Positions 26,065 through 32,590 of a stretch of 32,590 nt of DNA are shown in pieces. The notes below the pieces were generated by a model. The model searched no databases, was not told the origin of the DNA, and saw only the letters and a program-made list of their open reading frames with translations. The DNA lies in the IMG/VR virus record IMGVR_UViG_3300010273_000008, positions 1 to 32,590 of that record, one strand, 5' to 3'. The first letter of the stretch is position 1; each line of letters starts with the position of its first letter. The translations under genes and the position numbers were made by a program. The stretch is from a virus (lineage: Duplodnaviria; Caudoviricetes).

Positions 26065-26214
26065 TTGGTTAAAATAAGTAAAGAACTTTTTAAGGAATTG
26101 CAGAAACTTGGTTATATCAAATTTAGCAAGTTTAGCAAGAATTATAGCAAGTCGAAAAGGTATAGATATGTTGAAGGTTCGGTATTAAAAGAACATAAAA
26201 AATATCTCGGCTGA
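26065..26214 (+). CDS. small basic protein
   Basis: AAAGGAG RBS before TTG at 26065; the longer track start runs through hairpins. Confidence 0.6.
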   Translation: MVKISKELFKELQKLGYIKFSKFSKNYSKSKRYRYVEGSVLKEHKKYLG

Positions 26215-26254
26215 TGTTGGCTTATCAACAAATACTAACGAAGGGAACGTATTT

Positions 26255-27478
26255 ATGCAATATGAGAAAGTATTTGTAGATAGTAATGTACTTCTCTCTC
26301 CTAATTTTGATTTTAGTAAATACAAAAAAGTTTATACAGCAATAACCTGCATTGAAGAACTTGACGGATTAAAACATAATGAAAAAGTTGGGTATCAAGC
26401 AAGGCAAGTGATAAAAAACATTATTAATGCTGATAATGCGGAAGTCAAAATTAATTGTTCGTATAGTGGTGCAAATAAATTTTTAGAGCATAAAAACGAT
26501 AATATAATACTTGCTTTTGCTTATGAAACATATACTTTAGATAATGAGTGTATATTTTTAACAGATGATTATAATTTATTTTTAAAAGCTAAAACATTAA
26601 ATTTACCATGTAGTTTGTTTGAAAATAGAGATATAAAAGATAATTATACTGGTTGGAAAATAATAGAGATGGATGAAATTGAATTAGCGAATTTTTATGA
26701 AGATGAAGTAAAGGCGAATAAATGGGATTTATACATAAATGAATATTTGCTTATAAAAAGTAAAGAAGAAGATAAAATAGTTGATTCTTGGGTATGGACT
26801 GATAAAGGATTTAGACATATTGCTACCAAAAGGGTTAATTCAAATCTGCTTGGTAAATTAAGTTTAAAAGACGAATATCAAGTTTGTGCTATTGATAGTA
26901 TGTTTCACAATAAAATGACAATGGTTAAAGGCAAGGCCGGTAGTGGCAAAAGCCTGCTGTCATTATCGTATGCTATTTCTATGATTGAAAAAGGGGTATA
27001 TGATAAGTTGATTATATTTGTGAATAATCTTCCTACTCGTAATGCAGTAAAGATTGGCTTTTTACCAGGCAGTAAGGATGAAAAGCTTCTCGATTCACAA
27101 ATAGGGCATATGTTAGGATGTAAATTTGGAGATAAATCAATTATAGAACAAATGATACATCAAAATAAATTATTACTATTACCTTTTGGTGATATACGTG
27201 GTTTTGATACTACAAATTCAAAGGCAATTGTTTATATTACAGAAGCACAAAATCTTGATATTAGTTTAATAAAACTTGCTATACAGCGTATAAGTGAAGA
27301 TTGTCAATTAATTATTGACGGAGATTATAATTCACAAGTAGATTTGCAAGCATTTGAAGGAAATAACAACGGGATGAGACGTGTTTCTGAAGTATTTAGA
27401 GGACAAAGTTTTTATGGTGAAGTTGAGTTGCCTATTATATATAGGTCAAAAATGGCTGAATGGGCAGAAAATTTATAA
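26255..27478 (+). CDS. phoH: PIN-PhoH family protein
   Basis: PIN VDSNVLL..EELDGLK..NDNII..TDDYNL; Walker A GKAGSGKS; GFLPG; IRG; TEAQNL; DGDYNSQVD. Confidence 0.92.
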   Translation: MQYEKVFVDSNVLLSPNFDFSKYKKVYTAITCIEELDGLKHNEKVGYQARQVIKNIINADNAEVKINCSYSGANKFLEHKNDNIILAFAYETYTLDNECIFLTDDYNLFLKAKTLNLPCSLFENRDIKDNYTGWKIIEMDEIELANFYEDEVKANKWDLYINEYLLIKSKEEDKIVDSWVWTDKGFRHIATKRVNSNLLGKLSLKDEYQVCAIDSMFHNKMTMVKGKAGSGKSLLSLSYAISMIEKGVYDKLIIFVNNLPTRNAVKIGFLPGSKDEKLLDSQIGHMLGCKFGDKSIIEQMIHQNKLLLLPFGDIRGFDTTNSKAIVYITEAQNLDISLIKLAIQRISEDCQLIIDGDYNSQVDLQAFEGNNNGMRRVSEVFRGQSFYGEVELPIIYRSKMAEWAENL

Positions 27479-27496
27479 AATAATTTGGAGGTAAAT

Positions 27497-27697
27497 ATGG
27501 CTAAAGAAGCAATTAAGGAGACAAAGAAAATTATACATAAGCTTATTGCTGAAGGTACAATATCAATCAATGGAGATAATTCTATTGATATTGATGTACC
27601 AGAAGAAGGTATAAAGAAGTTGCATAATTTAATTAAGAATTTCAGTGGAGAATATGTAAAACTTACTATTCAAACAGAAGAACAAGAAGATATTTAA
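27497..27697 (+). CDS. YonK-like small protein
   Basis: GGAGG RBS; LIKNFSGEYVKLTIQTEE C-terminus; SPbeta-like order yonO..yonK-yonJ. Confidence 0.55.
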   Translation: MAKEAIKETKKIIHKLIAEGTISINGDNSIDIDVPEEGIKKLHNLIKNFSGEYVKLTIQTEEQEDI

Positions 27698-28032
27698 TAA
27701 TATTAATATAAAATTTTCATTTTGTCAAAACCATAGAGAGGGAGTTGATTCCTGTCCTCGCACACCAATAGGGGCTTTGCTCACTGTTGGCATAGTGGTT
27801 TTGGTTAATGGAATGTACTTTTGTTGGTCAACTGGCAAAAGATATTATTGGAATATTTAATAAATATAAAATGTTTGCTTTTGGGTAAGGCGAACAATAT
27901 AATTTTCAAAAAACAGGGAATCTGGGATAGATTTCCTGTTCGCCAATCCAATAACCGCATGAGGTTTGCGGATTGTAAATTATTAATATAAAAATATATT
28001 ATTATATTATTGTATTAGGAGGTATATTTTAT

Positions 28033-28464
28033 ATGTTAGAGAAAGGTTTTTACTCATTTAGAGCATTTGATGAATTGGACAGAATAACAAATAATATTAT
28101 GCGTACATTTTTCTTCGATAAGCCATATTCACTAGTTTCAATTAAACAGGAAAAAGAAAAGCATAATTTCAGCACACGACATTGGCAGGAAATTGTAAAA
28201 GATGATAAAGCAATTCTAGTGTATGATGTGCATGGTATTAATCCAGATGATTTGACTGTAAAAAAGATTGTGGAAGATGGTATTGCTTATATCACAATTG
28301 AAGGAAAATCTAAAAATGAAGAATTAAATTGTGAAATGGAAGTTAAAGCCAGGTGGGCTATACCGTATAAACAATTCAAGAAACCGACAAAGAAGATTGA
28401 AAATGGTTTGCTATATGTATATATTGAAAAAGACACAAATAATGAAGACGAAGAAATTATATAA
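28033..28464 (+). CDS. Hsp20/alpha-crystallin small heat-shock protein
   Basis: DVHGINPDDLTVK and IENGLLYVYIEK motifs. Confidence 0.75.
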   Translation: MLEKGFYSFRAFDELDRITNNIMRTFFFDKPYSLVSIKQEKEKHNFSTRHWQEIVKDDKAILVYDVHGINPDDLTVKKIVEDGIAYITIEGKSKNEELNCEMEVKARWAIPYKQFKKPTKKIENGLLYVYIEKDTNNEDEEII

Positions 28465-28481
28465 ACGAGTTAGTGCAGTAT

Positions 28482-28517
28482 GAGTAGGGGTATTCTCTCC
28501 CCTACTCTGCTTTTTTA
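28482..28517 (+). terminator. intrinsic terminator
   Basis: gagtagggg/cccctactc hairpin followed by T-run. Confidence 0.7.
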
Positions 28518-28543
28518 TAGAATAGAGTTGGGGAGGTAGAATT

Positions 28544-29470
28544 TTGAATAAAGAATTATTGAATATTTGCTATAAAAAGCACAATAAAGAAATTGATTTA
28601 TCGTGGGAAGAACTTGCACAACAATATGGATTTTCTTCAGGAGAAAATTTGCGTAGTTGGTTTAAACGAATACGCAGAGAAAATGGAGAAATAGGATATA
28701 AAAATAAAACAAGAATATTACATATTTCAGATAATCATTATCCTTTTAATCTTCCAAAAGAAGTTTTAAAAGGATATGTTGATAAAGTTGATGTGCTTGT
28801 CTTTGGTGGAGATGAACAAGATTGTCAATCTGTAAGTAGATTTAAAAAAAAATATAGAGTGCCTTTCGTTGATGAAATGATAGGTACTAGACAAATGATT
28901 ATTGATATTATTGAGTATATAAAACCAAAACAAGTTAAGTTAATAGCAGGAAACCATAATTATAGATTAATTAACTATTTTAGCGAAAAAGTACACGAAG
29001 ATTTACTTAATCTTATGCCGGAAACAAATCTTGATTTTATAATAGATTTAGGTTTTTGGAAACATGACCATCAATCAAAAAGTAAAACTTTTTATGAGCC
29101 ATTAACTAAAGTATTTGATGGTAAGATTGATATAGAATATATGAAAAATTGGTGGTGTAAAATAGGCAATACTATTTTTGCACACCCCAAGGCGTTCAAA
29201 AGTGGTATACTTGCGACTACAGAAAAAGCATATACATATTTCCTTCAATTAGGAGAAAAATTTGATACGCTTTGTTTAAGTCATACTCACCATCAAGGCT
29301 TTAGTAGATATGGAAAAGTATATATGTATGAAAGCGGTTGTTTGTGTGAAGAGCCATCTTATGCTTCTGAAGGTACTATGATAAGACCTCAAGATAAAGG
29401 TTTTGTCTATTTAGTGCAGGATGAACAAGGTAATCTTATATATGATGAATCAAAACTAATTTGTTTGTAG
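28544..29470 (+). CDS. calcineurin-like metallophosphoesterase (YonJ-like)
   Basis: SDNH, GGDEQD, AGNHN, FAH, SHTH motifs; N-terminal HTH-like segment. Confidence 0.85.
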   Translation: MNKELLNICYKKHNKEIDLSWEELAQQYGFSSGENLRSWFKRIRRENGEIGYKNKTRILHISDNHYPFNLPKEVLKGYVDKVDVLVFGGDEQDCQSVSRFKKKYRVPFVDEMIGTRQMIIDIIEYIKPKQVKLIAGNHNYRLINYFSEKVHEDLLNLMPETNLDFIIDLGFWKHDHQSKSKTFYEPLTKVFDGKIDIEYMKNWWCKIGNTIFAHPKAFKSGILATTEKAYTYFLQLGEKFDTLCLSHTHHQGFSRYGKVYMYESGCLCEEPSYASEGTMIRPQDKGFVYLVQDEQGNLIYDESKLICL

Positions 29471-29492
29471 AAAGGCTAACAGTGTGGTTATT

Positions 29493-29897
29493 ATGAGATT
29501 TAGGGAAGAAATTTATAAAGAAAATGGAGAAATTATTAAAAAATATTACATAGACGATAAAGAAGTCACACAAGATGTATATTTTAATCTAACAGATGAA
29601 TTATACGAGAACACAAAGTTAAAACAAGATGACCATAACGAAGAAATATGTAACTGCGAAGAATGTCAATATTTTCTTGAATTAATCAATAAAATAAGAC
29701 AATCTCCTGATAGTGAAGCATTAGCGATATTGAAAGATGAAATTGAGTTTAGAGTACAGGAAGCATATATAGAAGGGCAACATGTATTGGCTAATGAATT
29801 AGGTAATTCATTACTAAAACATGCAGTTAAATTAGAAGATGAATTGGAGAATTTGTACGAAAACGGTAGTTTAGACGAATATAACGAAGATGGTTGA
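29493..29897 (+). CDS. acidic hypothetical protein
   Basis: ORF with CNCEEC motif; start uncertain. Confidence 0.75.
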   Translation: MRFREEIYKENGEIIKKYYIDDKEVTQDVYFNLTDELYENTKLKQDDHNEEICNCEECQYFLELINKIRQSPDSEALAILKDEIEFRVQEAYIEGQHVLANELGNSLLKHAVKLEDELENLYENGSLDEYNEDG

Positions 29898-30907
29898 AAG
29901 AAGGGATAAATGTGGCAAACACAAAGAATAAGAAAGCAAACACATTAGAGCCTTTTTGTGTTTGCTGCGGGTCAACAAAAAGTAGTGATTTTTATATGAG
30001 TAGAAGTAAATTGTTTGCTGCTACAGGAAAATTGTTGGTATGCAAACAATGTATAGACAATTTATTCAATGATTATTTTGCTTTGTACGGAGACAATAAA
30101 AAGGCAATGTATTTTCTTTGTAGAAGGTTAGATGTGCCGTTTTCTATAGCTGCGTTTAATGGTGCTACTAATCATTCTATAAAAACTGGTTGGAAAATAT
30201 GGCAATCATATTTTAAAGAAATAAATTCTTTAGGTGGTACAAATAATTATGGAGATTGTTTTGACCAAAGTGATGATTTTCTTGATGATAAAAATACAGA
30301 AAATAATAATATAAATTTAGCAAAAGAAGATTTATATATTTCAGACGAATTAGTACGTAAATGGGGCAATTTACCAAAACAAGATATAATTTTTTTAGAA
30401 GAGCAATACAGAGAATGGTGTACAAGATATGATGTTTCTACTAAAGCTATGGAGTTATTAGTTCAGGAAATATGTTACCAACAATTAAATATAAAAAAGA
30501 ATAGAGAACGTGGTAACAACGTTAGCAAAGAACTAAAAGATTTACAGGATTTAATGAATTCTGCTGCTTTAAAGCCAATCCAAGAAAGTGCTGCTATGGC
30601 TGTTGATGTAAACACATTGGGTACATGGATTAAAAAATTTGAAAATGAAAAACCTATACCTGAACCTGACCCAGAATTTCAAGATGTAGATGGAATTAAA
30701 AAATATATTAGAGTGTGGTTTTTAGGTCATCTTTGCAAGATGTTAGGTATTAATAATATATATGCAAAAGAATATGAAGAAGAGCTAAGAAAATATTCTG
30801 TTGAGATAACAGAAGAAGATTTGCAAAAAAATAATATAAATGATGATATAGATGATAATGTAGAATCAGATAATACGGAAGTTGGTGGTCAGGATGGCAT
30901 GGTATAG
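29894..30907 (+). CDS. zinc-finger protein directly upstream of terL, candidate terminase small subunit
   Basis: CVCC..VCKQC; overlaps the terL start; SPbeta-like synteny; probable start GTG at 29912. Confidence 0.6.
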   Translation: MKEGINVANTKNKKANTLEPFCVCCGSTKSSDFYMSRSKLFAATGKLLVCKQCIDNLFNDYFALYGDNKKAMYFLCRRLDVPFSIAAFNGATNHSIKTGWKIWQSYFKEINSLGGTNNYGDCFDQSDDFLDDKNTENNNINLAKEDLYISDELVRKWGNLPKQDIIFLEEQYREWCTRYDVSTKAMELLVQEICYQQLNIKKNRERGNNVSKELKDLQDLMNSAALKPIQESAAMAVDVNTLGTWIKKFENEKPIPEPDPEFQDVDGIKKYIRVWFLGHLCKMLGINNIYAKEYEEELRKYSVEITEEDLQKNNINDDIDDNVESDNTEVGGQDGMV

Positions 30908-32590
30908 TAATTATGAACATCCTGATAAAAAAAACAGTATAAAAGACAATGTATTTGAACAAAGACGAAGTTTTAATAGACAAACAGATGCGATGATGAA
31001 GCAAGAACGATTTATGAATGGTCTTGCGGTATGGGTTGGCTATTGGAGAGAAAATCCGCATAGGTTCGTTTCCGAATATTTACAAATTACTCCATTTTCG
31101 TTATTTCAAAAAATATTAATATATTTAATGTTTCATGTAGATTATTTTCTTTGGTGGGCAGCGAGGGGAATTGGCAAGTCACATCTTGTTGCCCTTTATT
31201 GTATAGTAAGATGTATTTTATACCCTGGCACAAAAATATGTATAGCAGCAGGTACAAAATCACAAAGTTTAAACATAATAAGTGAGAAAATAAAAGGATT
31301 TTACGACAATTGTCCTAATTTACAAAGGGAAATATGTGAATTAAAGACAACGATAAACGATCCTATTGTTAGGTTTCATAATGGCAGTTGGATAAAAGTT
31401 GTTGCTGCCAATGATAATGCTCGTAGTGCAAGAGCAAATGTTTTAGTTGTTGATGAATTTAGAATGGTTGACATAGACGTAATAAAAAAGGTTTTAAGGA
31501 AGTTCTTGACTTCTCGTAGACAGCCAGGCTATTTAAAACATAAAGAATATGAGGGAATACAAGAGCCTAATACTGAAATATATTTGTCTTCGTGTTGGTT
31601 GAAAAGCCATTGGAGTTGGGATAGGTTTTTGGCATTTAAAGACGCTATGCTTACAGGTAGAAGATATTTTACCTGTGGTTTTCCTTATCAATTAGGGGTA
31701 AAACATGGAATAATTGACAGACAAAGAATAATAGACGAAATGAGCGAAAGCGACTTTGATCCGCTTTCTTTCCAAGTTGAGATGGAGACAATACCTTTTG
31801 GTGAGTCTGAAAAAGCATATTTTAAATTTGATGATTTGAATAAGTGCAGAAACACAACTAAACCATTGATACCATTGTCTAATTCTGATTATATTCAATT
31901 TAAAGGAGACTTAAAGAAAAATAAATTTTATAAACCCAAACATAAGAATGAGTTTAGATTATTAAGTGTTGACTGTGCTTTAATGGGCGGTCGTGAAAAT
32001 GACCAAACTGTTTTTACATTTATTAGGTGTATTCCAAATAATGATGAATACATAAAATCAGTTGAATATATAGAGACAATGGAAGGTCAGCATACAAGTG
32101 TTCAAGCGTTACGTCTTAAACAATTATTTTATGATTTAGAATGTGATATAGTTGCAATGGATACCAATGGTAATGCTATAGGCATTTATGATGAATGTAC
32201 TAAAGTTACGTTCGATAATGCACGTGGTATAGAATATCCTGCATTTACAGCATTTAATGATGAAAAAATGCAAGATAGAGCATATGATAAAGACGCCTTG
32301 CCAGTAATATATTCTATAAAAGTTACTGGTGCTAATGCCACGCAAACAAATCACGAAATGGCTATATATACTAAAACTCAATTTGAGAAACGTAAAATAA
32401 AATTGTTGGTTAATGAAATTGAAGGTCGTGAATATATTCTTGACAATGAACAATCTTTAAAATTAGATGATACTGATATTGCAAGATTAAACGCTTGTTA
32501 TTTCCAAACAACAAGATTAATTACTGAAATGATTAATCTTGAAATGGAAGTACGTAGTGGTTTTATTAAACTAACTGAACCAGCAGGACA
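30894..32590 (+). CDS. terL: terminase large subunit (YonF-like), runs off the window
   Basis: WRENPHRF, Walker A AARGIGKS, Walker B VLVVDEFR, YLSS coupling motif, nuclease SVDCALMGGREND. Confidence 0.9.
   Translation, partial: MAWYSNYEHPDKKNSIKDNVFEQRRSFNRQTDAMMKQERFMNGLAVWVGYWRENPHRFVSEYLQITPFSLFQKILIYLMFHVDYFLWWAARGIGKSHLVALYCIVRCILYPGTKICIAAGTKSQSLNIISEKIKGFYDNCPNLQREICELKTTINDPIVRFHNGSWIKVVAANDNARSARANVLVVDEFRMVDIDVIKKVLRKFLTSRRQPGYLKHKEYEGIQEPNTEIYLSSCWLKSHWSWDRFLAFKDAMLTGRRYFTCGFPYQLGVKHGIIDRQRIIDEMSESDFDPLSFQVEMETIPFGESEKAYFKFDDLNKCRNTTKPLIPLSNSDYIQFKGDLKKNKFYKPKHKNEFRLLSVDCALMGGRENDQTVFTFIRCIPNNDEYIKSVEYIETMEGQHTSVQALRLKQLFYDLECDIVAMDTNGNAIGIYDECTKVTFDNARGIEYPAFTAFNDEKMQDRAYDKDALPVIYSIKVTGANATQTNHEMAIYTKTQFEKRKIKLLVNEIEGREYILDNEQSLKLDDTDIARLNACYFQTTRLITEMINLEMEVRSGFIKLTEPAG

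Noticed and set aside
18402-32453. Minus-strand track ORFs in the right arm (18402, 22696, 22891, 23185, 23943, 25508, 30213, 30750, 31692, 32136)
   Set aside because: Antisense to well-supported genes or to a promoter region.

Overview
AT-rich (Clostridia-like) segment of a large SPbeta-like phage or prophage, organised as two divergent arms that switch strand at ~17.8-18.5 kb. The left arm (minus strand, 1-17.7 kb) is an accessory/early region of about 45 mostly small ORFs driven by repeated near-consensus sigmaA promoters. It includes tRNA-Lys(UUU), tRNA-Gln(UUG), a DUF262 protein, a degenerate LAGLIDADG protein, an orphan MazF, and a second mazF broken by a truncated IS200/IS605 element with intact tnpB. 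The switch region has four perfect DnaA boxes, an intact tyrosine recombinase and a RepL-like wHTH gene. The right arm (plus strand) encodes a YonO-like single-subunit RNA polymerase, PIN-PhoH, a YonK-like protein, Hsp20, a YonJ-like phosphoesterase and terminase genes. Two sequence-level patterns are not explained by the gene annotation. First, 18-bp palindromic ATAAAA-N6-TTTTAT sites sit at gene junctions of the left arm, opposite the divergent recombinase, in an integron/pdif-like layout. Second, about 50 copies of the heptamer CTGTTAT, all in one orientation, are confined to the left arm. All counts and family calls were made by eye, without database searches.
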